A stretch of 64,000 nucleotides of DNA from Paraspadella gotoi (GCA_051294375.1 JBJCIZ010000239.1:6298746-6362745), one strand, 5' to 3'. Positions 27,305-41,340 are shown, counted from the first letter of the stretch. Notes: generated by a model from the sequence alone, not told the origin. Program-made: numbers and translations.

Positions 27305-27450
27305 TCGCCTTGTAGGCCTTTGGATTGCCCATTCCGAAGACGTCCCACAACACGTTGGTGAGGATCTTCTTGTAGTTGGACATTTCCCAGGCGGTGGATT
27401 CGCAGAGAGGAAGATTAGTCACGGGGTCGGTGCGGATGTGCCAGTAGTCC
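27305..27450 (-). CDS. TRPC-like channel, pore-helix exon
   Basis: Reads DYWHIRTDPVTNLPLCESTAWEMSNYKKILTNVLWDVFGMGNPKAYK, similar to LFWSxFGL. Confidence 0.75.
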
Positions 27451-27794
27451 TGAGTTTAAGGAGGGTAAGTTCATCTGGGTGGGAATTTTTCATTCTCGAC
27501 TCGTTGCGTTTTTCAAGGAACAAAGAATTTTAGGAAAAAGGAAAGAACGGAAGAGAAAAGGAATTAAATGTTCCGTTCTGTTCTGTTCTGTTCTGTTCTG
27601 TTCTGTTTTGTTCCGTTTTGTTCTGCTCTGTTCTGTTCTGTTCTTTTTCATTTTCGTTTACCTTCCCTTTTCCTTTTCCATGTCCCTTTTCTTTTTTCAT
27701 GTCCCTTTTCCTTTTCCATCTCCCTTTTCCTTTTTCATGTCCCTTTTCCTTTCATTTCCTCTTCCCCTTTTCATCTTCCTTTCTACAACTCACC

Positions 27795-28000
27795 CTGTAG
27801 GCAAAATAGAGAAACTGATATCCCATCGAGAAGCAGATGATGACAGCGACGCCCATGACCAACACGTAGCTCACGTCCCTGATCGTGCTGCACAGCATGA
27901 TTTGCAGCACGCCGACGGAGCGGTTCAGCTGGCAGATCTGCAGCAGCCGCAGGAAGGAGAGCAGGGTGGCGAGGAAGAAGAAAATCTCCGCAGCCAAGAG
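27795..28000 (-). CDS. TRPC-like channel, S4-S5 exon (5' end lies in an N gap)
   Basis: Reads LAAEIFFFLATLLSFLRLLQICQLNRSVGVLQIMLCSTIRDVSYVLVMGVAVIICFSMGYQFLYFAYR, similar to GPLQISLGRM. Confidence 0.88.
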
Positions 28001-28849
28001 NNNNNNNNNNNNNNNNNNNNNNNNNNNNNNNNNNNNNNNNNNNNNNNNNNNNNNNNNNNNNNNNNNNNNNNNNNNNNNNNNNNNNNNNNNNNNNNNNNNN
28101 NNNNNNNNNNNNNNNNNNNNNNNNNNNNNNNNNNNNNNNNNNNNNNNNNNNNNNNNNNNNNNNNNNNNNNNNNNNNNNNNNNNNNNNNNNNNNNNNNNNN
28201 NNNNNNNNNNNNNNNNNNNNNNNNNNNNNNNNNNNNNNNNNNNNNNNTATTGGAGACAAATTTGTGTGGACGGAGCCTGATTACCATGGGTTTTTCCTTA
28301 AATGTTATTTTTGACTAATAAATTTAGTAATTGAACGTTTATTAAATGTATTTATAGTTCAATAAATGTTTATCAGCTCATTATTCGGACTTTTGATATC
28401 AAGTTCCAATGCACAATCAAATATAAACTTTTAGATGGCCAATTTATTTTATATGCGGCCATCTTTGACTAATTGTATCATTTAATAGACTTTTGTTTTT
28501 CATTTANNNNNNNNNNNNNNNNNNNNNNNNNNNNNNNNNNNNNNNNNNNNNNNNNNNNNNNNNNNNNNNNNNNNNNNNNNNNNNNNNNNNNNNNNNNNNN
28601 NNNNNNNNNNNNNNNNNNNNNNNNNNNNNNNNNNNNNNNNNNNNNNNNNNNNNNNNNNNNNNNCCAGTCCCGTCAACCTGTCATCCGACGCTACGCCACA
28701 CATATTGTTTTCAATAAACGATAATTGAAAAAATAAAAAAGTAAATAAGATTAAAACAAACAACAACAACAACAGCAACAACAGCAAAAACAAACAAAAA
28801 ACAAAACGAAAAAAAATACCTCCACCCCCTCCGCCGCCGCCGCCGCCGC

Positions 28850-29108
28850 CGCCTTCCCCTCCGTTGACCAAAAACCCGACGCCCCAAGTGACGTAAGACG
28901 CCGCGAACGCCGCCGCCGTCGCGACGGCGTACAAGTTCCACGACTGAGAAAAGTAGAGTCGCGCCGCTTTGGCGCAACGCCAAGGAACGGCGCCGGCCAC
29001 GTGCGCCGCCAGCGCCGCCGAGTAGACGAGAAGTACGAGCTCGATCCGGTCGAGGCCTTGGCGGTGGAGGCTCATGTGGCGGGGACCTCCAAAGGCCTGC
29101 TTGGTCAC
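28850..29108 (-). CDS. TRPC-like channel, S2-S3 exon
   Basis: Reads ...IELVLLVYSAALAAHV...RLYFSQSWNLYAVATAAAFAASYVTW, similar to YxxxxWNxxD; end coordinate approximate. Confidence 0.75.
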
Positions 29109-32100
29109 CTGTGGGTGGGGAGATGGGATTGATTGGTCGCTTGAAAGAGATTGATTGGTGAAAGGAGACCGGATAATGATTGGTTCGAATGATTGGAGGG
29201 AATTGATAGGAAAGAGTTGATTAGTTCGTCGGATTGATTGATTGATTGACTAATTCTGATGGTTTTGACCAATTAAAAATCAATTAGAAAAATTGGAAAG
29301 ATTTCTAAAAAAAATAGACNNNNNNNNNNNNNNNNNNNNNNNNNTTAGACTGTCTTCTCTTTTTCTTGGGTCGTCTCTCGAATGTCTCCTCCCTCTCAGG
29401 GTGTGTCGCTCTCCTCTCAAGTCTCTCATCTCTCTCCCCTCTTCTACATCTACTTCATCCTCGTCGATAGCGTCGTACTCCGTTCACTCTACATCGTGCC
29501 ATCGCTCGCTTTCTCGTTCTCAATCTTTCTCGTGCGTAAACTCACTGTCCGTGGCACGTCGGTCCGAGAAGAATCTTCTATACTGGTAGATCCTCGGCTC
29601 TCAGACCGCCCCCCGGTCGACACTTCATCCCACTTAGCGTCCCCCCCAACCCCATTCCCCCCCCTTCAAACTCTCAACTCGCAGCAGACCCCAGAGAAGA
29701 CTCAAAGCAGACCCAACTCTCACCCTCGCAGCAGAGCAGAACCAAGAAGAACGACGTATGCCGCGTAGAACCTCAAACCCTGGCGGCGTCCCGCTGAGAA
29801 GGCTCGAAGGGCCCTCGAGGCGCGAGGAAACTGGCACGAGCATCTCGTAGATGAGAGAGTCGCAGGCGAGGGAGACCCGGAAAGCCAGGGAGGAGGGAGG
29901 CGGTGCCATGTTGAGTGTGGAGGAGGAAGCGTGCGGTGGGTGTCGAGCGGATGGCGAAGGGCTGCGTGCGAGTAGAGAGCAAGCCGCAAGCAAGAGCAGG
30001 CAAGAGACGGGGCGAGACTGTGAGCAGAAGAGAGTAGAGAGAGGTAGAAAAAACTTGAAATACATTTCAAATTTTTTACGAGTGAATTGTGAGATGGAGA
30101 GAAGCGAAGAACGAGGAGACTCTCTCGAAACAGAACGCAAGAACACTGACAGCAGTACAACCTGTCGGTTGTGAGACCTTACGAAGTCGATGTCGAGACA
30201 CTACAGAGAGAGGAGCATCAGTTTATATATTTTCCCTACACTTATTTATCACTGTGGTCTTACATTACTCTGGATTGGCGCATCTTTTCCTTTATTGGTG
30301 TCAACCTTGTTTATTCGATTCTCTCTCCTCCTCTTTTTCTTGTGTACTAATACTCTGTTATCTCAGAATCTTTCTTGTGTGCCATCTGTAGCTATTTGAC
30401 TGTTATTGCTTTCTTTAACATTGTAACTTGTAGTTTTCCTTCTTATTCATTTATCGGTGTGTTTGTTAAGATATATTCCACACACTTACTTCTTTTTTTA
30501 CATCTTTTGATTTCCACCTTCTGTCTTTCGTGTGCCTGCCCTCTTAATCTCATCGCTTTGGTTTCGACCTCGTCCCGACTCTAGATCGCGCCACACCCCC
30601 ACCCTCACTCAAAAAGAAAACTCAACACCGATATATATAACATCCCATACAACCACCAGACACACACCCGAACGAACCGCCCACAACAAAATGAAGGCCA
30701 AATACTACGTTCAGCCTCAACAAAGTCGGAGAGCGAAGAGCTCAGCGCCCACGTGGCGCGATGGTGCCCCGCAAGCGACAAAGTGTTGTTAAACGTATCA
30801 TTCCACCACACCCACGCTTTCTCTCTCTTAAAATTTGATATCCTGCTTTAATTTGTAAATATGAAGCCGCTAATTTTCTCTCTGCGCAGTAACCTCCTAT
30901 TTTTTTTTCTCTCTTTCCTGCTCCATCATCCCAACTGTCCTCTACGATTACGAGAGTCTGGTTTGTTCACCATATATCGTCCCTAATATACAATACTCTC
31001 CTCGCTCTCGATATAAGCAAGTTCAGCAGTTTTTCCTATATAATAGTTCAGAATCATAATAGGCGTAAGGGCAGAAATACAATCCTCCTATCTATTATAA
31101 TTTCAGAGGCCAAATTTATTTTTCAATAAAGTGGAAATAATAAGTTTATCTAAATATGTCATCCCGCTTTCGTAGCTATTATTTCTATACAATAGCCCCG
31201 AGGCTCTGTACAATCTGGCCATTAGTCTAATCCTAATTTCAGGACAAGGCTTTAGGGTTTCATACGAACACGCGTGTAGCGGTGGACTGGAGAGGTACCC
31301 AACAGGGAACTCTCGGATAGCCAAAAAGACAACATTGAAGGTCCCGCATAGAGGCGCTTACTCTAGCAATTAGAAGTGTGTTTCGTCCGCAAGTTCTAGG
31401 GACATGCTTACGCTCATACTTTAGAGAAAGGACTCTGCCTATGGAATTGAATTGAAATATTCTACGACTGCACCAGCATATATCTCGGATCGACGCGACA
31501 GTCTCGGACTTCTACATACCGCGACTCGCCCTACCTGCGCGTACAATGCCCATTATATCTGTAGTATATAACATATGATACATAAGTGTTTGCGAGATGC
31601 CGGTAGTTCCGGCCGCCCCACACTGTAACACATTACTAACCTCGCTAGCCAGCTCGTTTAAGGTCAGGGGCCAAGATATTTATTTAGAATACATCTCGGT
31701 GAAATTGATGTGACGAATCTCCCTTCAGCTGGGTACGCATAGTACCGTCTTTGCATAACGACGTACTGTGTATGCCCCCTTTCTGTTTTAGTAGAATTTC
31801 ATAGGAAAATTTCCACCCCGAAGAGCAAACATGGCGCATATCATCCTGACATACAGATACTAACCCCACACCGTATGGGCCATCACACACGTCCAAGACG
31901 CCATCCACCTGACCCACACTTCATCAACAGCGTAAGCGCATTCCCACCGTCGTCATGCAGAGTGCCCATGCGCCGGACAACGTCGCACACGAAAGACCGC
32001 AAATGTCTCTGATCCCAGACTTTTGACCGCGCCGCGACAACGACTCACCTCATCAAGAGGCCGCACTCGCGCGTGTCCACTCGCCGGCTCGAACCGCCAC

Positions 32101-33295
32101 ATACCTCGCGGCTGTCGTGTGGCCTCAGTATGCAACTCTGCTGCCCGGACTGCCTCCTGTCAGCGTGAGCGCGGAGACTCCGGGAAAAGAGAGGAGGCGA
32201 GGCAGATCGGTAGGAAAGCGTGTCAGCGGACCTCTTGTGCTTCCCGGATTCTCCGGTGCATACTGCGGTCTGGTCCGCTGATTATGTTTCCACCTAACTC
32301 CCGGGTTTCTTTCGTCATATCGTATCGAATGGTCTAAACACGCAACGCTCACTATAAATTAGACAGTCTCCGTATAGCGTGTGTGCGTCTTACGCCTCAT
32401 TGTCTCAAAAGACAATACGGAATATGAAGATCGCACACTCAGAATGACCTATTATTCGTGAGGACCTCCTGCCGTACCGGCGCCAGACCTATGCCAGGAC
32501 AATCCCTAATAACTATCAGAATGGAAGAGAATAAGAATGACGTCGCTGAGAGGCGTCACCCGGCTCCATCTTCAACACATTACTTCGTATACCAAATACA
32601 CGCGTCCTGCCATCAGACGTCTCGTTTATGTCATAGTCATTCCTTGGCAAAGTGCTCCTCACCATCTCGAAGAGTAACAGTTTCAAAGGAAAAATTAAGG
32701 ACCCGCAATTTCTTGGCGCGTGCACGCCCTCCTCATCTACTGCGGTTAGTACAATATGTGCTCGTGCTGATACCGTAAAGTAGTTATGTTTCAGTTATAT
32801 AATGGCACAACACTCTATTAGGACAGGTCATATCGCCTCTCGCTTCGTGTCCGACATTGTCTCCAAATGGCATGAACACAAGTAACTCGTTTTATATACT
32901 TTCTCCTTCTCTTCTGGACAAATCTAATAGAGGCAACCTTCATCTTCTACTCCTCTCTCTTTTTTTCTTTCTTTCTTTCTTTCTTTCTTTCTTGCTTTTT
33001 TTTCTTCTTTAACTTGTAACATGTAGTTTCCTTCTTTCTTTATGTTTTCTTTCCTTCTTTTTTTAAATTTTTTTTCACTCTTTCTTTCTTCTCCTTTCTT
33101 CCTCTTCCTCTTTAANNNNNNNNNNNNNNNNNNNNNNNNNNNNNNNNNNNNNNNNNNNNNNNNNNNNNNNNNNNNNNNNNNNNNNNNNNNNNNNNNNNNN
33201 NNNNNNNNNNNNNNNNNNNNNNNNNNNNNNNNNNNNNNNNNNNNNNNNNNNNNNNNNNNNNNNNNNNNNNNNNNNNNNNNNNNNNNNNNNNNNNN

Positions 33296-33432
33296 CAGCA
33301 GAAAGTGGACGATCATCCAACCGCGCCCGATGACGCTGTAATGAGGCAAACCTTCGGTCCAGATGTCCTCGACGATCCCCTGGCAGAGAGGGTGCGCCAC
33401 AAACTCTTTTTGCCTTTTGTGCATCGCGTCCT
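33296..33432 (-). CDS. TRPC-like channel, pre-S1 exon (duplicated at about 38200-38385)
   Basis: Reads DAMHKRQKEFVAHPLCQGIVEDIWTEGLPHY, matching TRPC QKxFVAHPxCQxxLxxIWxxGL. Confidence 0.9.
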
Positions 33433-34799
33433 TTGAGGAAGGGGGGGAAAACAATATTAATAATGTATAACTAAAGACTAAATGCATCGCTGGGCTATAT
33501 TTTTCAAAAGAGCCCCAAATCTGCTTTAATTCTATTTAAGGAAAGTTTTAGGTTTAAAGATTAGGTTACGGGTCAAGAATTTGGAAAGACATTAAGGTCA
33601 AGGTTTAGGATTAGAAGTTAAAGTTTGGGTTAGGGATTAGTTATTACTGTTAGAGAAAATTATATGGGAATTGAATTGAAATATTCTTTGAACAATTGTG
33701 AGAGAGTCTTGATTGAAAGCTTACAGGGTCCTTTTATGTTATCTTGTAATAGTGAAAGGGGCCGTAACTTACTTTAGCATGTTTAAGGTCAGGGGCAAGA
33801 TAGTTTATTTATTAAATGTATGTGTAATCTTTATATTGGTTTTACAAATTTCATTAGAAAATTTCCCCCCAAAAAATGATATCATCTAAATCTAACCACG
33901 ATTCCAACGACGACGACCAACTGCCCACACCTTCAGCACAGCGTAAGGATCCCACCGTCCATGCGAATCCGTCCGTCCCAGCAGCGTTTCCACCTCCGCG
34001 CCGCGACAAGCTCCCAGCAGAGCCGCGGCGTGGCCACTCGCGGCAGCCGCCATCTCGCGATAGTCCTCGAAGAACTTGGGCTCCTTGAGAATCGGGAGAG
34101 GAGGTAGGAAAGTATAGATTGGGTCGGTCGGTCGGTCTGTCGGTATGTCTATCCGTTTTGTTATGTTAAAAATGCATATAATTCGCCTATAGTCGGTTGC
34201 TCATTTGTTAAGACAGGAAAAAACCTCAAATTTTAGTGACTGCTAGCGCCGCCTTCAGGAAATCCTAAAACTATAAGGAATAAAAGACGGAATTACTTGT
34301 CATAAATACACGGGCTCAGAACGTTTTTTAGTCATGTCATGTCATGTCATATCAGGTGATCAAAGGAAAATTCACGATTGGATGAACCGATCTTGTTAAA
34401 AATATGTTTACTGTTTGTCCGTAGTTATTTTTTATTTCACAATCTTTGACAGTCTTTCTATCTTTCATTGTCGATGCTGAAGTAATTTTAATCGGTCTCT
34501 TCTAATAGAGGCAACTCTATCCGTCTGTCAATCTGTGGATAAGGCCCCAAGTTGGCAGAAAATTTTCATAAGTAACTTCTTAGCCAAGCTTGAGCAGATG
34601 TTTTCACTCAAATGTGACACCGGGTAACAGCATAAGAAGTCTCGCTTAAAGGCGAGATAAACTTGTCCCTAAGCCCGAGTACAAATCTGTCTCTCCGCTC
34701 CTAACTGCGATATGATTATTTAATATGATCTTGAATGCGATTGAATTTCTCAATCTCATTTACANNNNNNNNNNNNNNNNNNNNNNNNNACCTCCTGTG

Positions 34800-37760
34800 T
34801 TAAAGCCGAAGTGAAAATGTAAAAAAATTTAACCATAAATACAATTGTAAAGGTAATAGGTAAGTAAGAATAAAAAACTCATGAACATTAATTTATAAAA
34901 AATTTTATTATAAATTGTAATTACGCATTAGCTTTATTTAAACCATACTGAAGTTTTAAATTCATAACAGCCTTTTTTTCATTTGGATTCTTCTGTTCTT
35001 GAAGTGATAGAAAGACAATAAAACTCCTAATTTAAATTTCTCATTCATTTCATCTCTCTCTTCTCTCTCTCTCTCTCCTCTCTCTCTCTCCCCCGTCCTC
35101 TCTCATCTCTTCCTCTCTCTCTCTCTCTCCTCTTCTCTCTCTCTCCTCTCTCTCTCTCATCTCGCCTTGTAGGCCTTTGGGATTGCCCATTCCCGAAGAC
35201 GTCCACAACACTGTTGGTGAGGAATTCTTCTTGTAGAGTGGACTTTCCCCAGCGGGGATTCGCAGAGAGGGAAAGAATTAGTCACGGGGTCGGTGCGGAT
35301 GTGGCAGTAGTTCCTGAGTTAAAGGGGAGGGTAGTTCATCTGGGTGGGAATCATTTTCGGACCGTTGCGTTTTCCAAGGAACAAAGAATTTTAGGGAAAA
35401 AAGGGAAAGAAACGGAAGAGAAAAGGAATTTAAATGTTCCGTTTTCTGTTCTGTTTCTGTCTGTTCTGTTCTGTTTTGTTCCGTTTTGTTCTGCCTGTTC
35501 GTTTCTGTTCTTTTCAATTTTCCGTTTACCTTCCCTTTCCTTTTCCATGTCCCTTTTCTTTTTTCATTCCCTTTTCCTTTCCATTCTTCCCTTTTTCCTT
35601 TTCATGTCCCTTTTCTTTCATTTCCTCTTCCCCTTTTCATCTTCCTTCTACAACTCACCCTGAGGCAAAATAGAAGAAACTGATTATCCCATCGAGGAGA
35701 AGCAGATTGATGGACAGCCGACGCCCATGAACAAACACGTAGCTCACGTCCTGATCGTGCTGCAACAGACATGATTCCTGCAGCACGCACCGACAACCGA
35801 GAAGCGGTTCACTGGCAGATCTGACAGCAGCCGCCAGGAAGCGAGAGCAGCGGTGGGCGAGGAAAGAAGAAAATCTCCGCAGCCAAGAGGTAATTCTCGG
35901 AAGACGTCCAGAGGCGTAACGAGATGAAGGGGATGGGGAAGCTCCGGAGAGAGAGAGAGAGCAGAGAGAGAAGAGTGAGGTAATTAGAGTGAAACGGAGA
36001 GTAGAAACCGCCCAAGCGAGGCGGAGAGAACGGAGACAAGACGCTGACCCCTACGAGAAGGAGGTGAGTTATTTTGGCAAATTTGTGAACACTCCGTGGC
36101 CACGGACGCCGAAATTACCCATGCAGGTTTTTCACCCATTAAACTTTATTTTTGACTAAATAAAAACTTTAGTTACATTGAACGCTTTATTAAATTATTT
36201 ATATTTCACATAAATTGTTTATCAGATCATTATTTTACCGGACTTTTGATATCAAGTCTCCAATGCACCACGAATTCAAATATTAAACTTTAGATGGCAT
36301 TTATTTTATATGCGAGCCCATACTCTGACTAATTGTATCATTTAATAAGGACTTTTGTTTTTCATTAAAACTAAAGAGTCTCATCTGTTAACTTTTGTTT
36401 TCATTAATTGCTTTCTTTAACTCTTGTTTTATCTTGAAATTATTCAGTGTCTTGATTTTACTCTTCCAATGAATAAATTGATATACTTTTATATCCTGAA
36501 TGTTTTTTATCTCCTTCTCATCAATGTAACTAATACTATTTACAAAAAGAGAGAACTTTCAAACTAGAGGAGAATCTTTTCATCAATCAAATAATTAAAA
36601 GACAATCAGTTGATACCATAACGTTGTGCCTTCCCTGCGGTCAACTACAGCTAATACATCTAAGAACCACATTCGTTGTCCTGTGGTCGTCATCAACCGT
36701 CTACTAGCTACAGGTCGGCCGTCCCCGATCCAACCTGATCTCCACACCGACTAACGCTTCCCAAACATATTGCTTTTCAATAACAACGATCTAAATTAAA
36801 ACAAATAAAAAGTAAATAAGATTAAAAACAAACAACAACAACAACAGCAACAACAGCAAAAACAAACAAAAAACAACAAAAACGAAAAACACAAATACCT
36901 CCACCCCCTCCCGCCCGCCGCCGCCGCCGCGCCTTCCCCTTCCCTCGCTTGACCAAAAAACCCGACGCCCCAAGTGAACGTTAAGACGCCGCGAAACCCG
37001 CCGCCGTCCGACGCGGGCGTACAAGTTCCACGACTGAGAAAAGTAGAGTCGCGCCGCTTTGGCGCAACGCCAAGGAACGGCGCCGGCCACGTGCGCCGCC
37101 AGCGCCGCCCGAAGTAGACGAGAAGTACGAGGCTCGATCGTCGAGCGCCTTGGCGGTGGAAGCTCATGTGGCGGGGACCTCCAAAGGCCTGCTTGGTCAC
37201 CTGTGGTGGGGAGATGGGATTGAATTGGTCGCTTGAAAGAGATTGATTGGTGAAAGGAGACCGGATAATGATTTGGTTCGAAATGATTGGGAGGGAATTG
37301 AAGGAAAGAGTTGATTAGTTCGTTCGGATTGATTGATTTGATTGACTAATTCTGATGGTTTTGACCAATTAAAAATCGAATTAGAAAAAATTGGGAAAGA
37401 TTTCCTAAAAAAAAATAATACGCACGCTACTCACCTTCTCATCTCTTGCCTTACACTATCCTCTCCTTCACCTCAATTCCCCCACACAACCCTTAGACTC
37501 GTCTCTCACCCCACCCCCCGTTCGCACACTTCATCCCCTGGTCCCCCCCCAACCCATTCTCCCCCCCTTCAAACTCTCAACCCGCCAGAAGCAGACAAAG
37601 ACAGAACACTCAAGAGCAGACCCAACTCTCACCTCGCAGCAGAGCAGAACCAAGAAGACGACGTATGCCGCGTAGAATCTCAAACAATCTGGCGCGTCCG
37701 CTGAGAAGGTCGAAGGCGTCGAGGCGGAGGGAAACTGGACGAGCATCTCGAGGATCGGGG
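34800..37760 (-). pseudogene. Indel-rich duplicate of the TRP region 26910-29850 (probable artefact)
   Basis: Colinear repeat of exons and introns with frequent 1-bp insertions. Confidence 0.7.
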
Positions 37761-37804
37761 CGAAAGCCGGGCGTTCTTTTGAGGTGTGTGTGTGTGGAGA
37801 GAGA

Positions 37805-37878
<74 letters not shown>

Positions 37879-38903
37879 GAGAGAGTTTTCTCTCTATTAT
37901 CCTTGTTTCTTTTGATTTTTTCTCTTTTTGCTTTTATTCCATTTTTCTCTTTCTTTCTTCTTTCTTTCTTTTCTTTCTTTCTTTCTTTCTTCTTTCTTCC
38001 TTTCTTTCTTTCTTTCTTTCTTGCTTTTTTTTCTTCTTTAACTTGTAACATGTAGTTTCCTTCTTTCTTTATGTTTCTTTCCTTCTTTTTTTAAATTTTT
38101 TCACTCTTTCTTTCTTCTCCTTTCTTCCTCTTCCTCTTTAACCCCACCCCCACTCACCCCCCTTTCTTCCCCGTCCCCCGCCCGCGACGACGGACCCCAC
38201 AAGTAAGCCGAGGTCAGCGGGAGCAGCGCCAGGCTAGCCAGAAAGTGAGGACGAATCATCCAACCCGCGCCCGATGACGCTGTAATGAGGCCACAACCTT
38301 CGGTCCAGATTGTCCTGACGATCCCACTGGCGCAGAGAGGGTGCGACACAAACTTCTTTTTTGCCTTTTGTGCACATCGCGGTCCTTTGAGGAAGGGGAA
38401 AAAAACAATATTAATAATGTATAAACTAAAGACTAACAATGCATCGCTGGGCTATATTTTTTCAAAAGAGCCCCAAATCTGCTTTAATTCTATTTTAAGG
38501 AAAGTAGTTGGTTTAAGATTAGGTTACGGGTCAAGGAATTTGGAAAAGACATTAAGCGTTCAAGGTTTAGGATTAGAAGTTAAAGTTTGGTTTAGGGATT
38601 TAGTTATTACTGTTAGAGAAAAATTATATGGGAATTGAATTGAAATATTCTTTGAACAATTTGTAGAGAGTCTTGATTGAAAGCTTTACAGGGTGGTCCC
38701 TTTATGTTACTCTTGTAATAGTGAAAGGAGGCCTAACTTACTTTAGCATGGTTTAAGGTTCAGGGGCAACCCAGTTTTACTTTATTACACTGCTATGCGT
38801 GTTAATCTTTATATTGGTTTTACAAAATTCATTGAAAATTTCCCCCCAAAAAATGATATCATCTAATCTAACCACGATTCAACGACGACGACCAACTGCC
38901 CAC

Positions 38904-39062
38904 ACCTTCAGCACAGCGTAAGGATCCCACCGTCCATGCGAATCGTCCGTCCCAGCAGCGTTTCCACCTCCGCGCCGCGACAAGCTCCCAGCAGAGCCGC
39001 GGCGTTGGCCCACTCGCGGCAGCCGCCCATCTTCGCGATAGTCCTCGAAGACTTGGGCTCCT
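38904..39062 (-). CDS. TRPC-like channel, helical linker exon (duplicate at about 33930-34085)
   Basis: Reads approximately EPKFFEDYREMAAAASGHAAALLGACRGAEVETLL, similar to EFKxxYxxL...LLxxCRxxxExExxL; contains indels. Confidence 0.6.
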
Positions 39063-39908
39063 TGAGATCGGGAAGAGGACGGTAGGAAAGTATAAAATGC
39101 TCGGATCCGGAGCAGGGTCTCGTTCGAGTACCTCTAGTCCATATCCATTTTGATATGTGTAAAAAAATGCATATAATTCGCCTATAGTCGGTTGCTCATT
39201 TGTTAAGACAGGGAAAAACCTTCAAATTTTAGTGACTGCTAGCGCCGCCTTCAGGAAATCCTAAAACTATAAGGAATAAAAGACGGAATTACTCTGTCAT
39301 AAATACACGGGCTCAGAAGTTTTTAGTCATGTCATGTCATGTCATATCAGTGATCAAAGGAAAATTCACGATTGGATGAACCGATCTTGTTAAAAATATG
39401 TTTACTGTTTGTCCGTAGTTATTTTTTATTTCACAATCTTTGACAGTCTTTTCTATCTTTCATTGTCGATGCTAAAGTAATTTTAATCGGTCTCCTTCTA
39501 ATAGAGGCAACTCTATCCGTCTGTCAATCTGTGGATTAAGGCCCCAAGTTGGCAGAAAATTTTCATAAGTAACTTCTTAGCCAAGCTTGAGCAGATGTTT
39601 TCACTCAAATGATGACCACACGGGTAACAGCATTAAGAAGTCTCGCCTTAAAGGCGAGATAAACTTGTCCCTAAGCCCGAGTACAAATCTGTCTCTCCGC
39701 TCCTAAAACTGCGATATGATTATTTAATATGATCTTGAATGCGATTGAATTTCTCCAATCATCATTTACATGTTGTAAGTTAAATCTAAAATGGCGTTGA
39801 TTTATTCTGGAATTTTATATTAGTCTGTTTTTCGGTTTTCAGTATGTTTCATTACATACAGTATACAAATAAGCTATTATATTAACTACCTAAATATACT
39901 TTACCTAC

Positions 39909-40185
39909 CATGTGTACCGTCTCTCGCACCTGCTTGGCTCGGCGCAGCACGCCGCGCGAAAAGTCGAAGCAGAACCCGCACGGGATCCTCAGCTCGCAGC
40001 AGGGTTGGTGACGCTAGGCAAGGCCCCAACTCATTGGCCCTGAAAAGCGCTCGGCCGAGCAGGCGCCATCTCCAAGGTTTCCGGCGTCTTTGAGGAACGA
40101 TGCGGCGCGCCGCTCGGAGACAGAAGCCCATCGGCTGAGAAGAGAGACGAGGGGGAAATTGGTCCACGAGAGAAGCGACGAGCTG
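39909..40185 (-). CDS. TRPC-like channel, N-terminal exon
   Basis: Contains CLASPTLLRAEDPVRVLLRL, similar to TRPC LASPSLIALSSEDP; boundaries approximate. Confidence 0.65.
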
Positions 40186-41340
40186 AGATGAAGAGGGGAA
40201 GAAGGAGGAAGAGGAGGTGGGATGGAGGAGGAGGAGGAGGGGGGTGGAAAGAGGACGGGACAGCGAAGGAGTAACGGAAGAGGAGGTTGAGGGACCTAGA
40301 GGAGGTATGGGAGGTGGAGGTTGGCAGGAGGAGGGAGGAAGAGGCCAGGTGAGGGTGGAAAAGAGAGAGTGGAAGGAAGAGGAGGAAGAGGAGGGGTGGG
40401 ATTAAAGATTAAAATAAATAAAAAAAACAAAAACTAAAAATGAAAAAAAAAAGAAACATAAGCGATGAACACAAACGAAGCAAACAAAAAAAAAAACAAA
40501 TAAACATTGAACATAGAAACAAAACAAAAAACAATAAACTAAAAGAAAAAAAAAAACAAACAAAAATAAACGAAACCAAACAACACAAAACAAAAAGAAC
40601 GAAAAAAAAAACTAAACCCTCCACCTTAAATCAACACCCTCTCCCTCCTCCTCCTCCTCTCCTCCTCCTCCTCGCCCCCTTTTTTCTTGTTGCCCCCTAT
40701 ACCCAACGGATCAGCAGCAGCTCTCGGAAAAGTCGGAGCTGCTGAAGCCGACTCTCCGAACGCCGCCGGAGAGACGCGATGGAACCGAAGCCGAAACCGG
40801 CGCCCGGCGGATGGACGTGAGACTACGTGCCGCCTCGTGACAGGCGGGACAGGCGGCGCCGCGGACACTCGAAACCGGCCGTCGTGGTCCCCTCGCGCGT
40901 CGATTTTCGATCTTCGGAGTCGCGAGAGTCGATTCGTCAGCAGCGGATCGTCCGCGGCGTCGGCGGCGGAGGCACGGCGGAGCGTCGGGGACCACGATCC
41001 GGCACGCACCAGTTACTCGCAATCCATCGCCTCGATCTTTGCGCGACAGAGAGAGGGAGAGTGGCAAGATCATGTGGGGGGGGGAACTTTGGTGGATGGG
41101 GGTGTGTGGGGTAGGGGAAGGGCGTCGGGGTTGTGCGAAGGAGAGCAGGAGGGAAGGATTGAGTGATTGCGTTGAGGCACAATGCACGTTGAACAACATT
41201 GTGCTAATTAACGTTAATGTATAAAAAAATTGTTTGTTAATTTACCAAGTAGGCTCTTTATATATATATTTTTTGGGACAGAAATGGGGCGATTTCGGAT
41301 AATAGAGCCAAAGAGAGACCGACCGACCATAACCTCCTAC

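Noticed and set aside
34640-34685. Pistol ribozyme
   Set aside because: The hairpin loop TTAAAG cannot pair well with CCCTAA, so the pistol pseudoknot is unsupported
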